Source: Paracoccaceae bacterium (GTDB lineage Bacteria > Pseudomonadota > Alphaproteobacteria > Rhodobacterales > Rhodobacteraceae). From it: 37,318 bases of DNA. The notes under the pieces were generated by a model. That model was not told the DNA's origin, searched no databases, and worked only from the letters and a program-made list of their open reading frames with translations. The DNA lies in contig JALQTL010000326.1 in NCBI GenBank assembly GCA_023260935.1, positions 1 to 37,318 of the forward strand, read 5' to 3'. A program made the position numbers and the translations under genes. Shown one piece after another: positions 1-8,929 of the stretch. The stretch's first letter is position 1; each line of letters starts with the position of its first letter.

Positions 1-707
1 AGCCGCAGGGCCGTCAGGTTCCACGCGTCGCGCAGCACGAAGGGCAGGCACAGCGCGAGGATTGCGCCGCTGACCTGCACGCTGGTCCAGCTGGCCTTCA
101 GCAGGCTGCCGAACAGCCAGAACACGATCTGCTGCAAGACCTCGGGGCTGGCCATGAACTGAACCAGCGATTGCAGTGCCTGAAAGAAGAACAGCACCGC
201 AATCCCCGCCAGCACCAGAATTTCGGCCTGCGCCCCTTTCAGCCTTGCCACCAGATACAACAGCCCGGTGGCAAAGAGGGTCATCGCAAAGGCTGCGATC
301 GGGGTTTCGACCCAGTTCGGCAGGGGTGTCAGGTCGCCCAGCAGGATCGACAGCGCCGCCCCGAAGCCGGCAGCGGCCGAAAAGCCAAGGGTAAAGGGGC
401 TGGCCAGCGGATTGGCCAGCATGGTCTGCATGATCAGCCCTGAAAGCCCAAGGCTGGCGCCGACCAGAACCGCCATGATCGTCTGGGGTAGCCTGATCTG
501 CCACAGGATCGCGGCGGCGGCCCGATCCTGTCCGCCCGGCCCGGCCCAGAGCGCGCGGTTCAGCGCCTCCGGCGACATGCCGGACGGTCCAGTCACCAGA
601 TCGGCCACGATCAGCACCACCAGCAGCAGCGCGGCGGCAAGCACCGCCGCGCCCCGCAGCCTGACCCGGCGGGCATAGCCGCCTATGCTCAGGCTTTCAC
701 TGGTCAT
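1..707 (-). CDS. FecCD/BtuC-family iron-chelate ABC transporter permease (3' end runs off the window)
   Basis: Not in the ORF track. Manual translation from ATG at 707: MTSESLSIGGYARRVRLRGAAVLAAALLLVVLIVADLVTG...ILWQIRLPQTIMAVLVGASLGLSGLIMQTMLANPLASPFTLGFSAAAGFG, the typical FecCD 'RLP...G..L..SG...Q....NPLA.P..LG.S..A' signature. ATGA overlap with the stop of the upstream binding-protein gene. Confidence 0.92.
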   Translation of the reverse strand, partial: MTSESLSIGGYARRVRLRGAAVLAAALLLVVLIVADLVTGPSGMSPEALNRALWAGPGGQDRAAAAILWQIRLPQTIMAVLVGASLGLSGLIMQTMLANPLASPFTLGFSAAAGFGAALSILLGDLTPLPNWVETPIAAFAMTLFATGLLYLVARLKGAQAEILVLAGIAVLFFFQALQSLVQFMASPEVLQQIVFWLFGSLLKASWTSVQVSGAILALCLPFVLRDAWNLTALR

Positions 708-1798
708 TTCAGCTTCTGCACAAAGATGCCATCCAGCGGGATCGGCAGCCAATCGGCGTAATAGGCTGCCAGTTCGGCCTGCGGATCGACATCGGCAAAG
801 GTCGCAGGGTGCAGGGTCTTGCCCAGATAGCGGGCAAAGACAAAGTCAGACAAAGACCGCGCGCCGCCATGGTAGATCGCGTGCACCTCGCCCGTCTGCG
901 CCGCCGGCAGATCGGCCCAGCCGGGCCGGGTCAGATAGGCGGCCATCCGGTCCTGCACCTCGGTCGGGTCCGCCTTGAAACCCACGCGCACTGCCTCGGG
1001 CGCCGCCATCCATTCCGAACCTGCCAGAAGGATCACCTCGGGCTGCTGGGCCAGCACATATTCCGGTGCCAGCGGTCCCCAGTTTTCCACCTGCCCCGCG
1101 GCGATATTGGCGCCGCCGACCAGATCGATGGTGCCTGCCCACATGCCCTTGCCGTAGGAATTGCCCACTTCGGACGGGCCCTTCTTGGCCAGTTCGACAT
1201 AAACCCTTTTGGGCGCATCACCTGCCGCGGCCACCCGTTTCTGCGTATCGGTGATCATCGTTTCATAAAGGTTCGCCAGTTTTTCGGCGCGGTCGCTTGT
1301 GCCCATCAGCGCGCCGATCACGCGGGTCGAGGCAAGATGTGCGTTCAGCGTCTGGGCGTTATAATCGACCACCACAACCGGGATGCCCGCTGCCTCCAGC
1401 TGGGCCACGCCTTCGCCAAGGGCGTCAAACTGCCATCCGGCCAGCAGCGCCACATCGGGCGTGGCCGCGATCGCCGCCTCGACCGAAAAGGTGCTGGTTT
1501 CGGTGTCACCCACATCGGGCAACGTGTCGATTTGCGGGTAGATGGCCTTGTAGGCCGCCCATTGCATGGGGCGCCATTCGGCCCAGGGCGCGCGCGACAG
1601 GGCGACAACCTTGTCGATGCCGCCTGGCCCGGTGATGGCGATGAAATCTTCGTAGTAAAAGCCCAGAAGCACCCTGTCAGGGTGTTCGGCCAGGGTCACG
1701 GTGCGTCCCTTCAGGTCGGTCACGGTCACCTCTGCCAAGACGGGCAGGGCGGTGGCAGAGATCGTCAGGGCGGCCAGAAGGCCAATCAGTTGTTTCAT
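704..1798 (-). CDS. Periplasmic substrate-binding protein, Fe-siderophore/cobalamin (TroA-like) class
   Basis: Signal peptide MKQLIGLLAALTISATALPVLA, then 'VTVTDLKGRTVTL', 'FSVEAAIAATPDV', 'LAPEYVLAQQPEVI', 'WADLPA'. AAGGA RBS before ATG 1798. Translationally coupled to the permease. Confidence 0.88.
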   Translation of the reverse strand: MKQLIGLLAALTISATALPVLAEVTVTDLKGRTVTLAEHPDRVLLGFYYEDFIAITGPGGIDKVVALSRAPWAEWRPMQWAAYKAIYPQIDTLPDVGDTETSTFSVEAAIAATPDVALLAGWQFDALGEGVAQLEAAGIPVVVVDYNAQTLNAHLASTRVIGALMGTSDRAEKLANLYETMITDTQKRVAAAGDAPKRVYVELAKKGPSEVGNSYGKGMWAGTIDLVGGANIAAGQVENWGPLAPEYVLAQQPEVILLAGSEWMAAPEAVRVGFKADPTEVQDRMAAYLTRPGWADLPAAQTGEVHAIYHGGARSLSDFVFARYLGKTLHPATFADVDPQAELAAYYADWLPIPLDGIFVQKLK

Positions 1799-1851
1799 CG
1801 CGAGGTTCCTTTCGCTTCGATCTTTCTTGCAGCCGGAAATCCGGCGTCGGT

Positions 1852-2004
1852 TCAGCAAGTCTTGAACGGGCTGCCCGTCAGAAACGGGCATTTTCGGGCG
1901 GTCACCTGCGGGGGGGCGGTCTTCGGAAAAGGTTGCGAAGGGCTGGCGGCCCAAATCGCGCAGGGCAGCGGGTGAACCGCTGGCCCGACCGAAAACAGGA
2001 TCAT
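1852..2004 (-). CDS. Possible 50-aa small ORF (second uORF or remnant)
   Basis: AGGGGA RBS then ATG at 2004: MILFSVGPAVHPLPCAIWAASPSQPFPKTAPPQVTARKCPFLTGSPFKTC*. No homology recognised. Confidence 0.25.
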   Translation of the reverse strand: MILFSVGPAVHPLPCAIWAASPSQPFPKTAPPQVTARKCPFLTGSPFKTC

Positions 2005-2067
2005 GAAGGATTCCCCTGGCACGGGCGCAGCAAGGCGCCCGAAGTGACCGGTTTCAGAAAAACGCGA

Positions 2068-2421
2068 TCAGGCCAGAGGGGGCGCGCGCAACCCGCGCGC
2101 AGGGTCAAGTACGGCACGCACCGCACGGCTTTCGCGCGGGGCCACAATAGCAGCGACAAAGATCAGATCCGCGTCGCGCAATCCCAGATCGGCAGAGGGC
2201 AGAGCCGCAGCGCCGACGATATGGCAGGCGGGACAATCGCCATGATCCGGCAGGCCATCGCCATCCGCATCACCGCAGATATCCGACAACGTGCCGCCGG
2301 CAAGAACATAGGCAAGGACGGCATCGTCACCCGTGGCTGGCACCCGATTGGCAAAGCCCGTCGCCACAAGGGCAACGGCAAGGGCCGCCAGCAGAAGAAG
2401 GCGGCGAACTGATTTTGCCAT
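2068..2421 (-). CDS. DUF2946-like (CutF/CruR-type) exported leader protein with CxxC and C-terminal RAPP motif
   Basis: Hydrophobic N-terminus (RRLLLLAALAVALVATGFA), 'LSDICG...DHGDCPACH', C-terminus 'GLRAPPLA*'. The start could alternatively be 2430 or 2433. Confidence 0.8.
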   Translation of the reverse strand: MAKSVRRLLLLAALAVALVATGFANRVPATGDDAVLAYVLAGGTLSDICGDADGDGLPDHGDCPACHIVGAAALPSADLGLRDADLIFVAAIVAPRESRAVRAVLDPARGLRAPPLA

Positions 2422-2559
2422 ATCGCACATCATGCCGATGTCTTGCCCCAACTTCATACCCGCGCCAACTGTTTTCTGGTGGTGCGGCGTCACGGCACAG
2501 GCGGGCGCGGTTGTGCCCACCCGCCGCGCCTTTCCCCCCAACGCCGGCGGCACCGCAGG

Positions 2560-3345
2560 TCAGGACATGATCAGCCCGCCGTCGACGTTGATCGTCTGTC
2601 CGGTGATATAAGCCGCGTCTTCCGAGGCAAGAAAGGCCACCAGCGCCGCCACTTCGGCGGGCGTTCCGGCGCGCCCCATCGGGATGCCTTCCACCCATTC
2701 GGCCATCAACTCGCCGGGGCCGTAATCGCCCAGCATCTTCCCCCAGACACGGTCATTGTAATCCCACATCTCGGTGTGGATGATGCCGGGGCAAATGGCG
2801 TTGGCGGTGATGCCTTCGCGCGCCAGTTCCTTGGCAAGGCTTTGCGTCAGCCCGACCACGCCGAATTTCGATGCGGCATAATGCGGGGTATAGATGAACC
2901 CTTGCCGCGCCTGACCAGAGGCGGTGTTGATCAGACGGCCCTTCGTGCCACTGGCCCGAAACCGTCGGATCGCCTCCTGACAGCACAGGAAAACCCCTTT
3001 TGTGTTCACATCAAGGTTCATGTCCCATTCGCGTTCGGTCAGGTCTTCGACCTTGGCGATGGTGATGATGCCGGCGTTCTGGACGGAAACCGAAAGTGGG
3101 CCCAGCTTCGCCTCGGCCTCTGCATAGGTGTTCTTGACGGCTTGGGCATCGGTCACGTCCAGCGTCATGCCCAGCACTTTTGCGCCGGTCTGGTCGGCAA
3201 TGGCTTTCGCGATATCGCCCGTATCCTTTTCAATCGCGGCAATGGCGACATTCGCGCCTTCCGTCGCAAAGCGGGTGGCGATTCCACGTCCGATGCCCTT
3301 GTTTCCCCCCGTCACCAGAACCGTCTGGCCTGCAAAGCGCTTCAT
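2560..3345 (-). CDS. Short-chain dehydrogenase/reductase (sugar/polyol, acetoin-reductase-like)
   Basis: TGGNKGIG, NAG, YAASK catalytic motif, 'GQTINVDGG'. AAGGAG RBS before ATG 3345. Confidence 0.93.
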   Translation of the reverse strand: MKRFAGQTVLVTGGNKGIGRGIATRFATEGANVAIAAIEKDTGDIAKAIADQTGAKVLGMTLDVTDAQAVKNTYAEAEAKLGPLSVSVQNAGIITIAKVEDLTEREWDMNLDVNTKGVFLCCQEAIRRFRASGTKGRLINTASGQARQGFIYTPHYAASKFGVVGLTQSLAKELAREGITANAICPGIIHTEMWDYNDRVWGKMLGDYGPGELMAEWVEGIPMGRAGTPAEVAALVAFLASEDAAYITGQTINVDGGLIMS

Positions 3346-3396
3346 CTTCGTTTCTCCTTTTGTGCGCAGCATGCCAGAGGGTGAACCGTGGCCCGG

Positions 3397-4347
3397 TCAG
3401 GCCGTCAGCCGTGCTGCCGTGAATTTGTCGGTCACCAGAACGTCGATCACGCCCAGCCGCAGCGCCCCCGCGATGGCGGCGGTCTTTGACTCTCCGCCCG
3501 CCAGTGCCATCACACGGTCGGCCTTGCGCAGCTCTTCCAGCGTGATGCCGATTACCCTTTCGTTCAGCGGCGTTTCGACCTGCCGGCCATCCTTGTCGAA
3601 AAACCGGAACGAGATTTCGCCAACAGCGCCTGCGTCATACAGCATGGCCAGTTCCTGTTTGGAAAACCCGTTGCCAGAGCGCGCCAGAAGCTCGGAAGGT
3701 TCGACCGCGCCGATGCCGATGATGGCCAGCGTCAGGCGGCCAAAAAGATCAAGCGTTTCGCGCACGACCGGATCGGCCAGCATGACAAGCTTGGCCTCTC
3801 GCGATGAGGTGACGCCCTGCACCAGCAGCAGGCGCGGCTCCCCTCCGGTCAGTTTGGCAAGCCGGGCGGTCAGTTCCGTGGCATGGGTCTGCACCGACGC
3901 ATCGCCCATGCCGCCAAGGATCTGCACGACATATTTCGCCTTTGCCGTCTTCAGCGGGTGGATGTTGTCCACCATCCGAAGCAGCGTCTGGCTCCAGCTG
4001 GAAACACCGATGATTTCCTGCGGCTGAAGGGTCACTTCCAGAAAATGCGCCGCCGCTTCGCCGATCCGGGCCATGATCGCGCCGTCACGGTCTTCGGAAC
4101 AGTCGATCACGATCGCTTCGGTCAGGCCATAGCGGTCACGCAGCGCCGCCTCCAGATCGGCAAAGGTGCCCGGGGGCGGGATCACGGTGGTGCGGACGAT
4201 GTCTTCCTGCTCGGCCCGTTTCAGCATGCGCGACACCGTGGCCTGAGACATGCGCAAGGCACTGGCGATTTCCGCCTGGCGCCTGCCTTCAACGTGATAC
4301 ATCTGCGCGACGCGCGCGATCAGCCGCAGTTCGTTGATCCGTCCCAT
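3397..4347 (-). CDS. SorC/DeoR(CggR)-family sugar-binding transcriptional regulator
   Basis: N-terminal HTH 'VAQMYHVEGRRQAEIASALRMSQATVSRML'. C-terminal sugar-binding domain 'LAGGESKTAAIAGAL...LVTD'. Confidence 0.93.
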   Translation of the reverse strand: MGRINELRLIARVAQMYHVEGRRQAEIASALRMSQATVSRMLKRAEQEDIVRTTVIPPPGTFADLEAALRDRYGLTEAIVIDCSEDRDGAIMARIGEAAAHFLEVTLQPQEIIGVSSWSQTLLRMVDNIHPLKTAKAKYVVQILGGMGDASVQTHATELTARLAKLTGGEPRLLLVQGVTSSREAKLVMLADPVVRETLDLFGRLTLAIIGIGAVEPSELLARSGNGFSKQELAMLYDAGAVGEISFRFFDKDGRQVETPLNERVIGITLEELRKADRVMALAGGESKTAAIAGALRLGVIDVLVTDKFTAARLTA

Positions 4348-4354
4348 TTCGCCC

Positions 4355-4372
4355 TCTGAATTTTTATTCAGA
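4355..4372. promoter_or_regulatory. Palindromic operator TCTGAATTTTTATTCAGA just upstream of the regulator gene
   Basis: 7-bp perfect inverted repeat. Reads TGAATAAAAATTCA on the minus strand, matching the sites at 7645 and 7784. Confidence 0.65.
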
Positions 4373-4378
4373 CCTAAA

Positions 4379-5833
4379 TCAAGCAAGGGGAAGCGTCGAG
4401 CGTCTTATTGCGTCCTGCCAGACGGCAAGCCGGCGGGCGGCATCGCCGGCTTTGGGGGCAATCTCTTGTCCGGCGCGGGGCAGGGCGGCAATGGCATCAA
4501 GATCGGGCCAGATGCCCAAAGCCAGGCCGGCCAGATAGGCCGCGCCAAGGGCCGAGGCTTCGGGGGCATCGCATTGGATCACGGGGTGGTTCAGCGTATC
4601 GGCCACGCATTGCATCAAAAAGCGGTTCCGGCTGGGCCCGCCATCGGCGTAAAGGCGCCCCAACGGCGCGGGGGATTGCGCGGTCATCACGGCAAAAACG
4701 TCATGCGCCTGAAAGGCTATGGAATCCGTCACGGCGCGGGCCATCTGGGCGCGGGTGGTGTTGAAGGTAATGCCGCAGAACAACGCCCGTGCATCGGCCT
4801 GCCAGTGCGGCGCTCCAAGGCCGACGAAAGCCGGCACGAAGCCCGGCCCGTCGGGTTCGGCTGTGGCTGCCAGATCGGTCAGCGCCTGCACATCGGGCAG
4901 GCCCAGCAGATCTACCATCCACGGCAGCGCTGCGGCGGATACAAGGATATTGCCTTCGAAGGCATAGGTCGCGCGGCCGTTGATGGACCAGGCGATTGTC
5001 GTGGTGATCCCGTTTCGCGGGGCGATGAATTCCGGCAGTGTCGTCATGATCGACGAACCTGTGCCAAAGGTCACCTTCCCGTCGCCCGGGTGAAAGGCCC
5101 CATGACCGAAAAGGGCGGCGTGGCTGTCGCCGATTGCGGCGCAGACAGGGATGCCATCGGGCAAGCCCGGCACATTCAGCGTGCCGCCAAAGGCAAAGGC
5201 GCTGTCGCGCACCCTTGGCAGGCATTCGACAGGCACGCCGAACAGGCTGCACAATTCGTCGCTCCAGCATTGGCGCTTCAGGTCGTAAAGCTGGCTTCGC
5301 GCCGCGTTCGACGCGTCGCAGGCATGCACCGCGCCGCCGGTCAGGCAATGGATCAACCATGAATCGATGGTGCCCAGCCTGACGGCACTGCCCGCGGGAA
5401 CCCGGTCCAGCAGCCAACGCATCTTTGGCCCGGGAAACATCGGGTCGATCGGCAGGCCCGTCAGCTCTTGAACCCGTGGCGCGTGGCCGGCAGCGACCAA
5501 AGCCGCGCAATCGGGGGCGGTCCGGCGGCATTGCCAGCTGATGACGGGGCCAAGAGGTTCGCCGGAACGGGCATCCCATGCCGTCACGGATTCGCGCTGG
5601 TTGGAAATCGCGATGCCGATGATCCCGGCGCCGGGGGCGGCCTGAAGACAGGCGGCGATGGCTTCCTGAACCGACTGCCAGATCCGCAGCGGGTCTTGTT
5701 CCACCCAACCCGGTTGCGGATGTTCGATCCCTACGGCGGCAGACCCGCGGGCGATGATCTGGCCATCGCCTGAAACCAGCACGGCCTTCGAATTTGTCGT
5801 GCCCTGATCGATGGCAAGGATGGCGCGGGTCAT
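4379..5833 (-). CDS. FGGY-family carbohydrate kinase (glycerol kinase/AplK-like)
   Basis: 'AIDQGTTNSK', 'ISNQRES', 'WQCRRT', 'GDSHAALFG', 'TFGTGS', 'VPAFVGLGAPHW', 'ADGG', 'SALGAA'. Confidence 0.93.
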   Translation of the reverse strand: MTRAILAIDQGTTNSKAVLVSGDGQIIARGSAAVGIEHPQPGWVEQDPLRIWQSVQEAIAACLQAAPGAGIIGIAISNQRESVTAWDARSGEPLGPVISWQCRRTAPDCAALVAAGHAPRVQELTGLPIDPMFPGPKMRWLLDRVPAGSAVRLGTIDSWLIHCLTGGAVHACDASNAARSQLYDLKRQCWSDELCSLFGVPVECLPRVRDSAFAFGGTLNVPGLPDGIPVCAAIGDSHAALFGHGAFHPGDGKVTFGTGSSIMTTLPEFIAPRNGITTTIAWSINGRATYAFEGNILVSAAALPWMVDLLGLPDVQALTDLAATAEPDGPGFVPAFVGLGAPHWQADARALFCGITFNTTRAQMARAVTDSIAFQAHDVFAVMTAQSPAPLGRLYADGGPSRNRFLMQCVADTLNHPVIQCDAPEASALGAAYLAGLALGIWPDLDAIAALPRAGQEIAPKAGDAARRLAVWQDAIRRSTLPLA

Positions 5834-5844
5834 GGCTGCTCCGG

Positions 5845-6822
5845 TCACGGGGTGGGGGCGCGGCCGGGTTTGCGCGCGATCAGGTCTTTTGCCGCCTGCG
5901 CAACAGCCGCCGGTGACATGCCGAATTCGTCCAGCAGGAATTCGGCCGAACCGGTTGGCGCGAAGATACCCGGAACGCCAAGGATTTTCATCGGTGCCGG
6001 CGCTTCGGCCACGACAACCTCGGCGATGGCCGAACCCAGCCCGCCGTAGACCGAATGTTCCTCGGCCGTCAGGATCGCGCCGGTATCGCGCACGGCTGCG
6101 ATGATCGCCTCGGTATCGATCGGCCGGACGGTCGCCATGTTCAGCACCCGTGCTTCGATCCCTTCGGCGGCAAGAAGATCGGCCGCCTTCATCATCCGGT
6201 GCGTCAGGGTGCCGTTGGCGATCAGCGTCACGTCATCCCCGTTGCGCAGCAGGTTCGCCTTGCCCGGCACGAACTTGTGCCCCGCCGGCAAGAGATCGGG
6301 CACACCCACGCGCGACAGGCGCAGGAAGACAGGGCCCTCAAACCCCGCTGCCCATTCGACAGCCGCCGCCGTTTCGACCGAATCGCAAGGTGCGATGACC
6401 GGCAGGTTTGGCAGAACCCGGGTCCAGGCAAAATCCTCGATCGAGTGGTGAGTGGGCCCCAACTCCCCGTATGCCATCCCTGACGAGATGCCGACCAGTT
6501 TCACATTGGCATTGGAATAGGCGATATCTGCCTTGACCTGTTCCAGCGAACGGCCGGTCAGAAAACAGGATGCGGCACAGACAAAGGGCAGCAATCCGCC
6601 ATTGGCAAGCCCGGCCCCGACGCCGACCATGTTCTGTTCGGCAATGCCCACATTGACCAGCCGCTCTGGCCACCTGGCCTTGAACCCGCCCAGCTTGGAC
6701 GACCCGACAGAATCGTTGCACACGGCCACGACACGCGGGTTTTCGGCCCCCAGCCGTTCCAGCATGGCCACAAAGGCATCGCGGCAATCATGCAGCTTCG
6801 GGGGATTGGTCACAGCGTTCAT
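5845..6822 (-). CDS. Transketolase, C-terminal subunit (split AptB-like)
   Basis: 'NVGIAEQNMVGVGAGLA', 'GPTHHSIED', 'EEHSVYGGLGSA'. Confidence 0.93.
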   Translation of the reverse strand: MNAVTNPPKLHDCRDAFVAMLERLGAENPRVVAVCNDSVGSSKLGGFKARWPERLVNVGIAEQNMVGVGAGLANGGLLPFVCAASCFLTGRSLEQVKADIAYSNANVKLVGISSGMAYGELGPTHHSIEDFAWTRVLPNLPVIAPCDSVETAAAVEWAAGFEGPVFLRLSRVGVPDLLPAGHKFVPGKANLLRNGDDVTLIANGTLTHRMMKAADLLAAEGIEARVLNMATVRPIDTEAIIAAVRDTGAILTAEEHSVYGGLGSAIAEVVVAEAPAPMKILGVPGIFAPTGSAEFLLDEFGMSPAAVAQAAKDLIARKPGRAPTP

Positions 6823-7631
6823 CACAGCGCCTCCGACAGTTCGGCAAGAGCGATCTTGTATTGTTCGGCATTCGGCACCTTGTGGTGCCAGTCCACCGTA
6901 TCCTGCATGAAGGAAATGCCATGCCCCTTGTTGGTATGGGCAATGATCGCATGCGGGCGCGCGGTCCGCTTTTCCAGCGCTGGCACGATCTGGGGCATGT
7001 CGTTGCCGTCAATCTCGGTCACGTCCCAGCCAAAGGCGGCCAGTTTGGGTGCAAAGGGCGCAAGGTCGTTGGTTTCCTTCAGCGCCGCCCCCTGCTGAAA
7101 CCTGTTGTGGTCGATGATCAGGGTCAGGTTGTTCAGGCCGAACTGCGCGGCAGAGCTTATGGCCTCCCAGTTTGATCCTTCCTGCATCTCGCCGTCGCCT
7201 GTCATGACATAGGTGTGATAGGTGGCGCCGGTGATCCGGGCGGCCTTTGCCATGCCCACTGCCACCGGCAGGCCATGCCCCAGCGGGCCGGTATTGGTTT
7301 CCACGCCGGCAACCTTGTTGCAGTTCGGATGACCGTTCAGCCGCGACATCGGCTTCAGAAAGGTCGAAATCTCGTCTTCCGGCAGAAAGCCGCGCTTGGC
7401 CAGCGTGATATACAGCGCAAGGGCCACATGGCCTTTCGACAGGATGAAACGGTCACGCCCGGGGTCTTTCGGTGCATCGGGCGAGATGCGCAGCACGCGG
7501 AAATAGAGGGCCGTCAGGATGTCGATGCAAGACATCTCGCCGCCGATATGGCCTGCGCCGGCTTCGAAGACGGCCTGCAGATCGCGCCTGCGAATCTGGC
7601 GGGCGATGCGTTCGAGATCGTTCGGCTGCAT
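6822..7631 (-). CDS. Transketolase, N-terminal TPP-binding subunit (split AptA-like)
   Basis: 'GHIGG', 'RDRFILSKGH', 'TGPLGHG', TPP motif 'GDGEMQEGSNWEA', 'KGHG'. Confidence 0.94.
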   Translation of the reverse strand: MQPNDLERIARQIRRRDLQAVFEAGAGHIGGEMSCIDILTALYFRVLRISPDAPKDPGRDRFILSKGHVALALYITLAKRGFLPEDEISTFLKPMSRLNGHPNCNKVAGVETNTGPLGHGLPVAVGMAKAARITGATYHTYVMTGDGEMQEGSNWEAISSAAQFGLNNLTLIIDHNRFQQGAALKETNDLAPFAPKLAAFGWDVTEIDGNDMPQIVPALEKRTARPHAIIAHTNKGHGISFMQDTVDWHHKVPNAEQYKIALAELSEAL

Positions 7632-7827
7632 GATTCCCCCGAAGTGAATAAATATCCGTTGCAGGTTATACATACATACGACGACCGAAGGTCAAGTGAA
7701 AACGCCCGCTGATAGCTTAAATCATAGGCGCCAACAAGCTTGACACCTACTTTCGTCATCTGATACGCATTAACAGCCGATACTGAATAAATATGCTGTA
7801 TGGGCACGGAATTCGGGGGGAGGTTTC
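7632..7827. promoter_or_regulatory. AT-rich divergent promoter region with two TGAATAAATAT boxes (7645-7655, 7784-7794)
   Basis: Identical 11-mer near each start codon. TTGACA at 7740-7745 (+) and TTGACC at 7695-7690 (-) are candidate -35 elements. Confidence 0.7.
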
Positions 7828-8805
7828 ATGCTGACGCAAACCAAGGGCCGGTCGCGCCCGGTCGGGCCGCAGCTGTTGGGATCGATGAGGGGGGCGACCG
7901 GTCCGTTGATCGGCCTGGTGCTGCTTTGCGTGTTCCTGTCCCTCTGGACGGATACGTTCTTTTCCCTGCGCAACTTCCTGAACATCCTAGACCAGATCAC
8001 AGTGCTGGGGATCATGGCCGTTGGCATGACATTGGTCATCCTGATCGGCGGGATCGATCTTGCCGTCGGATCGGTGATGGCCCTGACGATGATGGTCATG
8101 GGCTATCTGAATGTCGAAATGGGCCTTTCCATGGGCATCGCCATTCCGCTTGCCCTTGCCGCGGCGGCGGTCAACGGGCTGGTCGCGGGGTTGCTGATCA
8201 CACGGTTCAACGTGCCCGCCTTCATTGCCACGCTTGCCATGATGTCGATCACCCGCGGTCTTGCGAACATGATCACCAATGGCCAGCAGATCATCGGTTT
8301 TCCCGCATGGTTCAACATGGCCGCCATCGTGCGCTACGGCGGGTTCCTGACCATGACGGTGGCGCTGATGCTGGTCGTGTTCCTGCTGGGCATTCTTTAC
8401 CAGCGGTATCGCTATGGCGGGCGCGCGCTTTATGCCGTTGGCGGCAACCCCGAGGTGGCGCGGCTGGCGGGGATCAACGTCAAGCTGGTCACGGTGATGG
8501 TCTATGTTGTTTGCAGCGTTCTGGCCGGGCTTTCGGGTGTTGTGCTGGGGGCGCGGCTTGACTCGGTTCAGCCCTCATCGGGCGTGGGTTACGAACTTGA
8601 TGCCATCGCGGCTGTCGTCATCGGCGGCACCTCGCTGTCGGGGGGAACGGGAGGCATTGGCGGCACGGTGATCGGCGTGCTGATCATCGGCGTGCTGCGC
8701 AACGGGCTTAATCTGCTCAGTGTTTCGCCCTTCATGCAGCAGGTGGTGATCGGCGCTGTGATCGTTCTGGCCGTGACGGCCGAAACCTTCCGCAAGCGGA
8801 AGTGA
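7828..8805 (+). CDS. Monosaccharide/polyol ABC transporter permease (RbsC-like)
   Basis: 'GMTLVILIGGIDLAVGS', 'PAFIATL', 'GGNPEVARLAGI', 'YELDAIAAVVIGGTSLSGG'. Confidence 0.95.
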   Translation: MLTQTKGRSRPVGPQLLGSMRGATGPLIGLVLLCVFLSLWTDTFFSLRNFLNILDQITVLGIMAVGMTLVILIGGIDLAVGSVMALTMMVMGYLNVEMGLSMGIAIPLALAAAAVNGLVAGLLITRFNVPAFIATLAMMSITRGLANMITNGQQIIGFPAWFNMAAIVRYGGFLTMTVALMLVVFLLGILYQRYRYGGRALYAVGGNPEVARLAGINVKLVTVMVYVVCSVLAGLSGVVLGARLDSVQPSSGVGYELDAIAAVVIGGTSLSGGTGGIGGTVIGVLIIGVLRNGLNLLSVSPFMQQVVIGAVIVLAVTAETFRKRK

Positions 8806-8929
8806 CAGAACTCTCCAGATGGCGGCACCGCTTTCTGGAATGCGAGACGACGGCCGATGTCGACCGTCGAACAGGGGAGGGGTCTGCCGCAACCACGGAA
8901 GCCCCAATTTCATGTCGGAGGAGAAACAC

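Noticed and set aside
1799-2067. Cobalamin riboswitch upstream of the Btu/Fec-like transporter
   Set aside because: The region is structured, but I could not find the conserved GGGAA...GCCCCCGCAACTGT / B12-box elements on the coding strand.
8848-8869. Hairpin between the permease and SBP genes as a terminator or ncRNA
   Set aside because: No U-tract; at most an mRNA-stability element.
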